From Ginglymostoma cirratum (lineage: Eukaryota), in NCBI GenBank assembly GCA_024137785.1, contig JAHRHZ010000082.1, forward strand, positions 9,202,052 through 9,266,051: a DNA stretch of 64,000 nucleotides, in the 5' to 3' direction. The translations under genes and the position numbers were made by a program. The notes under the pieces were generated by a model. The model had not been told where the DNA came from. It ran no database searches and saw nothing but the letters and a program-made list of their open reading frames with translations. Shown piece by piece: positions 52,575 to 64,000 of the stretch (positions within the stretch are counted from its first letter, which is position 1; each line of letters starts with the position of its first letter).

Positions 52575-52770
52575 TGACACAGAAAGCCAGGACACAGCAA
52601 GCCAGGCAACATCTGGAGGAAAGGAGAAGTCAATGTTTTGTGTATTACCTTTCTTCAGGCCTGGGTGTGGGGTAAGGGGAGCTGCAGATAAAGTGTGTGT
52701 GGGGTGGGGGGCGCGGGGTAGGTGGGTAATGGAATGGTAGTGATAAATGGGCACTGGTAGTAGGGCTTGA
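52575..52770 (-). mobile_element. PLE 3' region fragment
   Basis: ACACAGCAAGCCAGGCAACATCTGGAGGAAAGGAGAAGTCAATGTTT..CCTTTCTTCAGG; the minus strand shows CTGAAGA..AAACATTGAC, then a G-rich UTR-like tract. Confidence 0.6.
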
Positions 52771-52789
52771 GGCACCTTCACATATGGTT

Positions 52790-53130
52790 ATCCCAATCCC
52801 CACACATCAGGCCTTGTTATCATATGGTCTGCTGTTACATACCACATCATTAGCCACTAATTGTCCACTAACCGCTATTCATTTTCCCAGGCTGATCGTT
52901 ATCCACTCCTTTATCGGTCCAACTATTTTTCTCTCTCTTTGGGTTCTATCTCCACCTATCATTTACTCCTTAACCCCTCTCCCACCCTATCTTTTCCATA
53001 CAAGCCAACATTTTCCTGGCTACCATCAGTTCGGAGGAAAGGTCACTGAACCAGAAACGTTGACTCTGATTTCTCTCCACAGATGCTGGCAGAGCTGTTG
53101 AGCCATTCCGTGATTTCTGGCTTCGTTACA
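52790..53130 (+). mobile_element. PLE 3' region fragment
   Basis: CT-rich UTR, then CAGTTCGGAGGAAAGGTCACTGAACCAGAAACGTTGACTCTGATTTCTCTCCACAGATGCTG. Confidence 0.7.
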
Positions 53131-53954
53131 GGAATACAATCGCTGCGCCACAAGATTCCATTAAAGATAAGAAAGGATATATTAAACTAAACATTTTGGG
53201 AGTAATACAACTTTAAGAAGAGAAAAAATTGCCTTTTGGAATTACAAATGAAAGGCTTGTGGCTTGTGTGTTTCAGTGACAATTGATTGGAACCAGCAGG
53301 AGCCCCTCAAACATAACTTACAAATATACTGAACAGCTCCTGCTAACTCTAATGACTTAAAGGTGCTTTTCTGCATACTCACAGGCCAGGAATTCCTGAA
53401 TACACAGCTGAGCAACTTAAAGGTGTTGGTGGAAATGTCAGTTCACCATAATCATTCTCAAAGGTCTCTTCTGCTGTCCAGTTCCAAGGGTATGATCTTC
53501 CTCTAAAAGGACATATTTTAATAAAACAATGGCAGCAGACCTGCATCTCTGTCACCATTTGTGGTTTTTGGACTAGTCACTGCTTACACACTGGAACTCT
53601 GGTTGATTGACTTTGTTATTCATGAAAACCACATGCCTTTGTTCCAATGCTCTATTTTAATTTAAAAAAGTGAAGAGTCACTGCTATAAATTAGGTGCTA
53701 GAAGCAATAATGCTTACTCATTATGTGAAAGAAAGAGCGGCAAAATAAAATCTAACACAGATATAAAATGCATATACTTTCAATCAGACTCAGTATCAGG
53801 AACTGCATTTAACCTTCTCACGACAGTGGCGATTGCAAATGAACTGCTGAACTCTACTTGGGTTGTCTCTATGTTATGTTTATCACTGGGGTCATGAAAG
53901 GCTTATTCGTGACTGGTAAACTATATCAGTGCTTTGATTCTGTGGCCACCCTTC

Positions 53955-54285
53955 ATTAAAAAGAACAGAATAATTCATTCTGGTGACCTGACAATATTTA
54001 TCTCTCAACCAGCAACACAAAAACAAATTAAAGCCAAAATTGCTGGAGAAACTCAGCAGCTCTGGCAGCTTCCATGGAGGGAAAACAGAGTTAACTTCCA
54101 AGTCCAGCAATCCTTCTTCCAATCAAATTACCTGGTCATTGTTGTTTGTGAGACCTTTGTGTGTGCAAGTTGGCTGCATAATTCCTGGCATTTCAACAGT
54201 GATTATGCTGCAAACTACTTAATTGGTTCCACAGCACTTTGGGATATCCTGTGATCATTCACAAAGCTACCTAAATGTAAATTGA
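53955..54285 (+). mobile_element. DeuSINE 3' half, interrupted by a PLE insertion
   Basis: CTGGTGACCTGACAATATTTATCTCTCAACC, CTGGTCATTGTTGTTTGTGAGACCTT, CAACAGTGATTA, AGCACTTTGGGATATCCTG. Confidence 0.75.
54031..54123 (-). mobile_element. 93-bp PLE-terminus insertion with 7-bp TSD
   Basis: TSD CAAATTA at 54024-54030 and 54124-54130; removing the insert restores the DeuSINE CAAATTA-CCTGGTCATT junction. Confidence 0.75.
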
Positions 54286-55924
54286 TCTCTTGTTTTGCTC
54301 TATATAAGGTGATTGATGAAAGTTTTGAAAAACATATATTTTACATTTTATCTGATGGAAAGTTTCCCGGTAAACAGGCTCTAATAATGGCACCGCATTA
54401 TTACAACCACAGTTACAATTTCATTTATCTGCCTTCATTGCACATAATGGATTTCTGAACATATTTTCTATCAGGAATCTTGAGATCTGGGGTGTTACTA
54501 TGCAATACAAGGAGAGATCTAGGCATTTTAAATTTGTGCAAACAAATTTGCGAAGAAAAGTTATGAATCCTTGTAAGTTAGCAGCAAAGCAATAGTTTGA
54601 TCAAATGATTTGTGGGAAGGCCATAAACTATGAGATTGAAGTTCAGGTGGTGCATATGCATTCTTTGAATCCTGAGTCTATGTTGCTGTAATTCCCTTGC
54701 ATCTGTTATTAGTTATTATCTATGCCAGGTTATGTATTTTCATATTTTCTTATAAAAGATACTTCTGTGCTACTGACACCCATTTCTTTGATTTTTGGGT
54801 TTTTGGATATTGTTAAATTTGAAACTAATGTCATGTGACAAATGACAAAGAACATTACTGTTTCAGTATTGTATGATTTGAAGCTATGTTGGATGATGTG
54901 ACAGGACCTGTATCATTGCCAACTTCTCTTTCTAAGCAGATTTTTTAAAAAAAATTCTTTCATAGGACATAGGCAGCATTGGCTAAACCAGAATTGATTG
55001 GCATACCCAAATCCATTTAATAAGGTGATGGTGTGTGTCAGCTTCTTGAACTGCAGTAAGATTACAGCTCACTTACCGTCTCTTACAGATTCTATCCTGG
55101 CTCTGCCCAACACCTTGGTGCAATGAAGTGTCTGTATCTGTTCTCAGGAGGCTGATTTATGGTCATGCATATTTTCACAAACAAGAATTACAAATGGGAA
55201 TGTAGTGATCAACATCCTGTTCACCATAGATTTACTGAGACAGGAAACTCCCACTTTGAGAAATTATTTGCCAGCATTTAGTCCAGTCATCAAAGAGAAG
55301 GCAAGATTTTGCATGGCAATTCCCTGCTGTCATGATTTAGGAGGTGGGTAGCAAAAGTCCTGGCACTTTGCATCCCATTCCCATTGGAATCTCACTGTGT
55401 ACAATCTTATTTTGGCTGGTGTTAATGTTGCCAATAATATTTCAACATTTAAATATGGCTTTAATCGGCAAACCTCAGATTGTGTGTGATTTCTAATTTA
55501 TAATGTGATGACACTGAGAATCTAGTCTGCCCACTTGGATTTAGTCAGTGGAGAAGTTCCATGAATAGAGAGTCCAAGCAAAAGTTAAAAGAAACATCCT
55601 CTTTTTGTCGAAGGCGTTTTATTTTTAACGACAATATTTTTCAATGATTTCCGTAACACTATTTTGCTTGGTGTGTTTTCTTGCTTTTATGTTCTCTTTT
55701 GGCATCAGACCACGTTGGAAATGTTTATGTGGCATTAAAAAACAATAGAAAATATTTTTCCAAAAAATCTCTATTTTAAAGACTTCAGCAGAACAGGAAA
55801 GAAGTAAAAAGAATGAATAGGCAAGAAAAGGGGAAGTCTAACACAAGCAAGCATTTAATCTGGTTCAGTATATCAGGCATCATCTAATCACATCTTGCAT
55901 GTCACTTGATGAGCCCGCAAATCG

Positions 55925-56310
55925 TATAGAGTCATCGAATAGTTGCAGCACTGAAGCAGGCCATTCATCCTGTTAAATCCATGATATAAGCACCAGTCAG
56001 CTAGTCTTCCTCCACTGTCTTTTCCTTGCTGATTTGCAATTTTTATTCTCTCCAGATAAGTGTGAAATGTCTTTTTGAAAGCCAAAATTGTTTTTATCTT
56101 CAAGCCATTCTCAAACAAAAACAGGACAGGTTTTCTTCCCAAGTACTCTAGACTTGATCCCTTCTGATTGTGAAAGCCTCCATCAAATTTCCTCCCAACT
56201 TTCAATTTGACAAACCTAGATCTGCTATCCTATATATCCCTGTAATTGAAATCTCTTATGCTCAAATCTATCGTTGTGAATCTTTTCTGCATCCTCTTTA
56301 ACCTTTCTTG
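55925..56310 (-). mobile_element. Old CR1 3' fragment
   Basis: ATAGAGTCATCGAATAGTTGCAGCACTGAAGCAGGCCATTCATCC terminus; GTGAATCTTTTCTGCATCCTCT (reverse complement of RVQRRFT-like). Confidence 0.6.
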
Positions 56311-56425
56311 GGGCAATCAAGCATTATGGAAGAAGGGCAGAAAAGTGAAGGTGAGGAGAGTTGGATCAACCATGATGCTATTGAATGGTGAAGCAGGTTC
56401 ATGCAGCCAAAAAGTCTACTCCTGT
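56311..56425 (+). mobile_element. CR1 3' UTR fragment
   Basis: GGATCAACCATGATGCTATTGAATGGTGAAGCAGG...CTACTCCTGTTCTTATTTCTTATGGTCTT. Confidence 0.7.
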
Positions 56426-57864
56426 TCTTATTTCTTATGGTCTTGATACCTTTACATCACTCATAAAAGTCTGCCATATAGAATTACTCTAGTTTAGGCT
56501 AAACCAGTGTTTCATAAATGTTCAGCATTGTCACTTTTGTATTTGGTGAGTAAAATTTTTGCATTTACAGTTAAATCTTCTGTCAATTATGATTCATGGT
56601 GCTTGTTTTGCCATTACTTGGAGTGACTTTTCTCAAACAATCTTCATTAATTATTTAACTGGGTTCATCGGCACCATTGTCATGGAATCATGGCAAAGGA
56701 GGTGGAAGTGCTCTCTAATATTAAAATCTTCCAGCATTTGTGCCACCGGTGCCATAAACAAAGCTGATCTGTACACTAATTCAGATGCTGCAAGACAGGA
56801 ATAACCTCTCATACTGTAGTGCTCTGTCAAATGAATGAACAAATGAGTCAGAAAGGTAAGTTAGCTCCCCGTCTTGCAGGTAGGGACCGAGAGGTGCTGG
56901 TGGATTAAACGATGGAGAACAAAGCCATCCTTTCTCCTGCGGATCACCCAAGAGGCCACACCACCAGGCATAGCCAGCTTGTGTCCTTAAGAACAGAATA
57001 CACAATAGTGTGGGAAGGAGGTTAAAAGTCACCTATGTTCCTCCCAGCTAAGTACCACAATCTTCTGCCTGCTACTTCACACTCAAAAAGCCACCACTTA
57101 CTCCAACACTGCCACTGCACATGCACTAGTGCACATATTTAATCCCAAATGCACTTCATCCTCCCAAACTACTAAATCTTTCTTGCCCTCTGTGTTTCCT
57201 ACTCATTCATGGGGGACATCTCACTATCTCTCCTGCCCCTGTATCAGCGTAAACTGCTCTTCCATCCATCTTCATCAGAGTCAATCTCTCCATTTGTCTC
57301 ACAGGAACAAATTGCTCACAACTGGGCCAAGACCAATAAAGGTGTAGTGGACATCCAACATCTCATTCCCTCCTCCTCATTCCAACTTGGCCAGAGAAGA
57401 GTAAAACCACTCAGAGATGGGGAGAACTCAACAGCACCCCACTCCATTAAGCTTCATTGTCCTGTGCTCTACTCCAATCTTGTTACCACCAACACAACTT
57501 ATTCTGACTCATTTTTTTCTGACAGAGGTTTACATATCATAATAACTCACTGCATTAAAAACATTCTCAACTCATTGAATTTATTATCCCATCCCTTTAA
57601 GCACACAGGTGTCATGTCATAGTTTGTCTCAAGGTTCTTATTTTGTTAATCATTAATCCTCAGTGAAACTAAAACTCTGTCAATCCGAACGGCTCATAAA
57701 GAGAGAGATATCTAATAGAAAATCCACTTTTGCAAAGTTGTTTCTGTATGTTAGCATAATGAGGGCTTCAGAGCACTGTCTGTTCAATACTTTTCCTACA
57801 TTGCAACAGTGACTATACTTCCTAGGTATTTCATTGTCTTAAAAAAAGTTTAAAAGTAAGTTAT

Positions 57865-58235
57865 TGCATTTATTTGTGGAATGTAGGTGTAAGTCGACAT
57901 ATATTGCCCATCTTTAATTGCCCTTGAGAAGATGGCATTTAGCCATCTATAACTAAGTGGCTTGCTTAGCTATTTCAAAGAGCAGTTATGAGTCAGTCAC
58001 CTCACTGTGGGTTCAGTTTCGGAAACAGACCAAACCACGTGATAGTGGAAGATTTCCTTCAGTAAAAGGCATTGATATATTCTCGTTGCAACCTTCTGAT
58101 CACTGTTGCTTACACCAGTCATTTTTATCTCTTCAAATTAATTTAGTTAATTGAGTTCCTCAATTTCTGAGACGGAGTTTTGAATTATGTCGTTTGACCA
58201 TAAGTCCAAAAGTCTAACATTATGCCACTGCACTC
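57865..58235 (-). mobile_element. Degenerate tRNA-SINE (family of 15752)
   Basis: ATTGCCCATCTTTAATTGCCCTTGAGAAG, GAGCAGTTATGAGTCAG, CAGACCAAACC and TTTCCTTC. Confidence 0.6.
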
Positions 58236-59964
58236 AAATTGCGATATACTGAGATTGTGAAAGTCTTTCTCTTGTTTAAATATGTAATTATAGACTCTAG
58301 GTATGTATTCTTGCTGTTTGATGAAGATTATGTTCAAAATGGATACATTAGCAGCAAAGTGTTCTCAGCAAATGCCCTTCCAACAGCAGGTAAATGACAG
58401 AGCTGACCTTTAAAAATGTGCAAACAAGCCTGCATTTTGCATTATTTCTTATGTTAGACTTTTTACACTCTGAAAGATTCATTTGGAAGTTCAATTTCTG
58501 AAAAACATCTTTGGGGATTTATGCTGGAAAGAGTTACATTGTTCAGAGTCACTATTAGTTAAAATTATAATTCGGAGAATTCCTTTGTTGATGTAGTAAT
58601 TTTTCCTATCACACTGAATAATAACGAGTTAAGTTTATTAGTGTACATTAACTGCAATGTAAGTTTTCCAAAAGAGTTTTAACTTACCTGCTTAATATTA
58701 CTTAGTCGCTGAGTGCTTCATTTTCAATATCCCCGTGATTGACCTAAAGCAGAACCAACCTGCAATCTAAGTAAGTGTGAACACAGGCTATATACATGCT
58801 GCAGTTTAGAGACTGTTTGAAGAATGAGTCCCTCTGGGATTAAGTAGATAATAGAATTGGAACTTTATTCTTTTCTGTGTGGGGGAACAATAGTGCTCAG
58901 TAGTTCCCTATGCCTTCCATCAACACTTTGGACACCCGGAGATGGCAGTCACAGGATAGGCATCACAGAACTTGGCAATGGGCTAAGTAACTTGTCTTAG
59001 CTCCAGATTCAAACCAGGATGGTCTTTGCAAATTACATTTTGTACACCAGTCATCTGAATCAGATTCTTGATTTATTGTCAATTAAGGCAAATTGGGGAC
59101 ATTTTTCTGCTGTTGGCCTAAGCCCACTGTAGGATTTGGATTGACACTGTTCAAACTCACTTGAAAGAGGACCTTCATAGTCAATAGACAAGGGAGTCTT
59201 TCATCCCTTCCATCTCGGCTCAGTTTGAAGCAGCTCCCAATGGTGCATAAAGCAATATTTGAAATCTGCGTCTTAATTTAGCAAAATGGACTTATTGAGC
59301 ACGAACAATCTGCTTTTAAAAAAAATACAACAATCAACTATTTTATGCAGCTTGATTAGTTATAGCCTTACTTACAGCAACCGAGCGCAATAAATGTAAT
59401 TATATTTATGAAAGATGGGAGAATCTGTTTTGTAACTTGTCATTATTTTGCTTGTATACATTAGTTTAATTCATCAATCTTATCTTGATTCCAAAATATG
59501 ACAGCTCTCAAACAGCTTCCATAAGCATTATGTACTTTTTTTTTAGATTGACGAGGTTAAGTCTGCATTTCAAGCAATGAAACCATGAATTTACTGTGAA
59601 AATTCAACTCACACATTCATCCTGCATGTGATAGTATATTGTATATGTTTTATCACTTGCAAGTATTATATCACTGATGAACAAAATTCTGTAGTGTATA
59701 CTTGTTAATATATATTGGAATGGATTTTGCAGCCAATAGCAAAGAAGCAGGTTGGACTGTTGTCAGTGATGTAAGCAGTGACCAACGTCCTCACAGGCTT
59801 TAAAGTAGAGGTTTGCTCTACTCTGGCATCTGATTCAATGCATCACCATTTACACAGTATTGTAGCATCTGTGAGTGGTACATGAGATAGCTAGTCTGTT
59901 CAACAAACCAGATTGAAGAATCCACGCAGACACACAGAATCTAAAACAAAGAAGCTCAAAGCAG

Positions 59965-60178
59965 AGATAGTCAGAGCTCCCGATGCTGGAGTCAAACATA
60001 ACACAGTGTGGAGCTGGAGGAGCACAGCAGGCCAGGTGGCATCAGAGGAGTAGGAAAGTTGACGTTTCGGGTTGGGACCCTTTTATAAAGAAGGGTCCAG
60101 ACCTGAAATGTCAACTTTCCTGTTCATCTGATGCAGACTGGCCTGCTGTGTTCCTCCAACTCCACACTGTGTTATCTC
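59965..60178. mobile_element. 214-bp palindromic PLE-terminus insertion with 13-bp TSD
   Basis: TSD AAGCTCAAAGCAG at 59952-59964 and 60179-60191; ~87-bp inverted arms 59998-60084 / 60089-60175 meeting at GGACCCTTTT-ATAA-AGAAGGGTCC. Confidence 0.85.
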
Positions 60179-60249
60179 AAGCTCAAAGCAGGAACTGCAA
60201 CAGAGTTTAATACACTAAATAAGAGCACATGGTGTAGGGGCCATACAGG

Positions 60250-61090
60250 ACGGACAGAAATTGGTCAGCTAGATAAAGCAGGGCATTCATCGATTGTTTT
60301 CAGGTCGGCAGGAGGTAGCAAATAGAGCGCCCCAGGTTCAGTGTTAGTCCTCAACAATATCCAATCTATACAACTGATTTGGATGAAGGGATATAGTGCT
60401 TAATTTGTTGATGGTTCAATGATAAGTAGGAGAGAACATGTAAAGAGGACACGAGGAGTCTGCAGAGGGACATAAGTAGGTGAAGTGAGTGGAGCAATAA
60501 TTTGGCAGATGGAGTATCATGTCGGAAAATATGAACTTGTCCACTTTTGCAGGAAGAATAAAACTGTTTAGCCTCCTTCTTTAAGAAAGGTAAGGCATGT
60601 GCTGCAAGCAATTCAGAGAAGGGTCAATTGTTTGATACCTGGGATTGGGATGGCATATCTTCTGAGGAAATAATGGTCAGGTTAAGCCTGTATCTACTGG
60701 AGTTTAGAAGAATAAAAAGTGATTTTATTGAAGCATATAAGATCCTGTGTGGACTTAGCATGATGGATGCTGAGAGAATGGTTCCCTTTTTGAGAGAGAT
60801 TAGAACAATGAGATACACTTGGAAAATAAAGGGCCACCTACTTAAGATGATGATAAGGACCATGTTTCCTCCCAGATAGCTGTCAGTCTTTAGAACTCAC
60901 TATCCTGAAAAGTGGCAGAGGCAGGGTTATCAAACACCTTTGAAACAGAGGTATATTCTTGGGTAACAAGTGAATCAAAGCTTACTAGCGAGAAAGTGCA
61001 AATATGGAGTTGAAGCCATAAGAAAAGTTATGAATAGCTGAGCAGGCATGAGGGACTGAATGGCCTACACTTGGTCCTAATTCATATGTA
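60250..61090 (+). mobile_element. Old CR1 RT/3' fragment
   Basis: ORF 60628-60879 RLSLYLLEFRRIKSDFIEAYKIL; LQRDISR-like block at ~60460; tail GGGACTGAATGGCCTACACTTGGTCCTAATTCATATG. Confidence 0.85.
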
Positions 61091-64000
61091 TAATATTCAT
61101 ATTAAGAAAGAAACGCAGGAAAATTTTTTTTTAGAAAATATCTCTAACACAAAATGATTTCTGTGAGAATACAACTCCACATTTGTAAAGTTAGGTTTTC
61201 AGGACTCGAGTGGTTGCTTGATAATTGTGAAGAAATGTGTGTATTTCAATGCTGAGTCAATGGATGAATTCAATTTTCTCATTGTGGCAAGTTTGATGGT
61301 GTGGCATTTAATCAAATGCGTGAATGGTGGGTGGGTCATGGCCATATTCCTCCCTGCACCATGATAAATTCATGACAAAAAGTTTTGTGGATGCCCTTTC
61401 TGCCCTTCGATCAACTGAGACTTGAAGCCCTTAAGGCATTCCTCAGCCTCTACCACTGGTATTGACCCAGAAAGAGCTGTATATGGTGGGATCTTTGCTC
61501 TGCTGGGAGTTTGATAAATGAACCTATGCATTGTTATATATGAGCTCCTGGGAGGTTCCCTCATTCAAAGGCACCCAGGACCTGGCATTGGGAAAATGGA
61601 TCCTGCTGAGAGCCAATCTCTTGATGTTGACACTCTCCTCCCTGGCAACCCTGGCCTCCTTTTACCATCATTCGCCCAGATCCTGGGATCCAGTGACGAT
61701 CCTTGGTATCAGGTGGGTACTGAATTGCCAGCAGTCACTGCCTCCTCAGTGGCACAAGCATTCAATAGAGCTGCTGGTCTCTGATTCACTAGCAGTGCCG
61801 GGCGGCAAGCGTTTAACCTCTAGGTGTTTGATCCCACCCCTGTCCTGCTGTGATGTATTCCTGACTCAGAGTCTTGAGTTTTGGGATAGTTCCCTTAACA
61901 TCATGGACCTGATTCAAACTTTGAGCTGAGAGCATATTGCGTCATTCACTCTAACTTTATTAATCAAAGTTTCACCAAGATGGACTGACCCTTGAGTGAA
62001 AGGCCTTTGTTATTTTCAACTTGTTACTCGTTTCATTACTGTTTTTTCCAAAGGTGTACAAATGTTTTTCAGTTCAGTAAATGTGAAAATATTACAGCAG
62101 CGCCTTATTGACATTCCTTACATAGGCTCTCACCTGGGCAGAGCAAAAGTAAATAAGTTCTACAAATAACAAGTGGTAGATTTTCAAGTGTATTATTCCA
62201 GGTATAAAAGAATGCAGTGAATGAAATATGTACATATATTTCCTTATCACATTGTCAGAACATCACACTATGAATCCCACACAGTTTTTGGAGTGAAGTT
62301 CAGTGACTGCTGCCAAATAGATAACACACAAGTCAAAATGCCCTTTAAGTTGAAGAAAGACAATACTTGCATTAATATAGTATCCAATCACTTTCTCATT
62401 CCATTGTTAAGTGCTTACCAATTCATGAATTACTTTGGAAATACAGCTGCTGTCATTAAGTAAATAGCAAATCATGTCAGGTCTCTTTTTTCATTCTCCT
62501 GCTCCTCTTAAGTGTTGCACTGACCAGGTAGCAATCCTAGTTGAGCAAGTGTGCAGGTGATATAAGCATTCTGTGTTCCAAACATTGGATTATAGTATGG
62601 TTGATTGAAAGAGGCTGCAGGCTAAGAATAAATCCCCCAAGCCTTCCTCGATTCCCTGCTGTAGTCTGCAGGCCACATTGCATTATCTTCTATTTGATCA
62701 GGCCTTCCCAATATTAAACAAAACTGATTTCTTTGGCATAGAGATTTTTTTTCAGTTAGCATTCATGTATTTCACCTTCAGTACAGTATAACACATGGCA
62801 GCTGCCGAGCTCCCCAGCGATGTCAAGGCATCCTCTATCGAGACTAAAAAGATGGATGAGTGCCAATCGGAATGTGGGGCTGTTTAACAATGTGAGGAAG
62901 AGAAAAGCATTAAGTTGCAAGTTTGTGTTAATATTATACTAGCCTGGCCATTGTACATGTTCTGTATGAATGTTCTTTGTAGGCAGCAAAAAAGTTACAT
63001 TTTTTTCTTGGATTTTCAAAGCTTCCCTCTTGGAAATAATCATCAGAACCTGACCCTCCCTCTCCCGATTTCCAATTACAACCAAAACACTTGATTATGT
63101 CAGCAAAAATCATCAGCTAAAAGACTTGAATTTGGAATATTCAATCACACCCTGATAAAGGTGATACAAGGGATAATACTGAACTAATAATGCTGCATCT
63201 TTCAGGTTTGAATCCACCATCTCTCCTATCTCCAGAAGGTTACAACATACAATTTAAATAAACTTAGTATAGGAATACGAACTGCAAGGAGTATCTACTT
63301 AGTCAAAATGAGACAATTATCTCTTTTTTGTCACAGCGACACTTTATGCATTTCATATGAATAAACATTGTCAAAGAAACAGGCTCCACAATGGTCTTGA
63401 AAATCCATGTTTTGGTTTGTTGATTGTGTCAAATTTACTGCACAAATGGAGCTGTACTGGGGGTATTTACAATGGGAATAGAAGTTTCCATTACAACATA
63501 ATTGTTTGGTATACAGTCCAACGATATACAGGTTTTAAAAGGTCATTTGACTCTTCATTTCTGGTATACTTATTGGTAGAATGTCAGTAACATGGATATA
63601 TCGCAATAGATATTTACAGTTGGGATAAGTGTTCACTTCGTCATTTCCAATTATCTAATTCCTTTGACATGCACTTATTTGACAGTTAACTGAATAAACC
63701 ATTGACATATGTTTGCTTAGAAAATTAACATTCTTACTTATGGAGCAGCCTACCATGTTAAATTAATTAGGTATATTTGTAAAAAATGGGTTATTGGAAA
63801 CTAGTCATAGCATCCTATCATCATCTTCAGAAAGGATTCAGTTTCAGTTATAATGATAAAATATTAATGTCAATTTATTGGCTGTGGTGTGAGCTTTGTA
63901 AACAGAATGTGTCAGATCTTTCAAAAAGTCTCACATAGTTTATCACAGCCCAAGATAATCAAGATGAACCTTATGGAGAATAATGTGTGTCAAATGTATA

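Noticed and set aside
51473-52633. 386-aa ORF as a functional or domesticated gene
   Set aside because: It is CR1 ORF2 with catalytic motifs lost (SDH, FADD), stops before the RT core, and its start lies in an unrelated PLE fragment.
55077-55234. Minus-strand exon with good splice sites (cctgtctcag / G|gtaagt)
   Set aside because: Stops in all three frames and no other support; a non-coding exon cannot be excluded.

Overview
AT-rich, CpG-depleted vertebrate non-coding DNA, either a very large intron or gene-poor intergenic sequence. The repeats point to an elasmobranch, probably a shark (inference from remembered family features, no database search run): an HE1 V-SINE, HER1/CR1 LINEs, DeuSINE/SacSINE1-like copies and Penelope-like element (PLE) termini. 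No intact protein-coding gene, rRNA, tRNA gene or CRISPR array is visible. The only ORFs with recognisable homology are decayed retroelement pieces: CR1 ORF2 at 50.2-52.5 kb and 3.7-5.0 kb, and a Ty3/Gypsy relic at about 28-30 kb. The most interesting structure is a set of tiny (93-214 bp) insertions flanked by 7-14 bp target-site duplications (TSDs). They are made only of PLE 3' ends with degenerate minimal hammerhead-ribozyme (HHR) cores, and three fold into long hairpins whose inversion point lies at the ribozyme. Also noted: a CpG-rich 133-nt candidate coding exon, several candidate microexons or strong splice sites, TALE/Meis-motif clusters in repeat-free blocks that look like conserved non-coding elements, a degenerate ~33-bp minisatellite, and an unexplained 15-bp direct repeat. 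Repeat boundaries are approximate unless fixed by a TSD.
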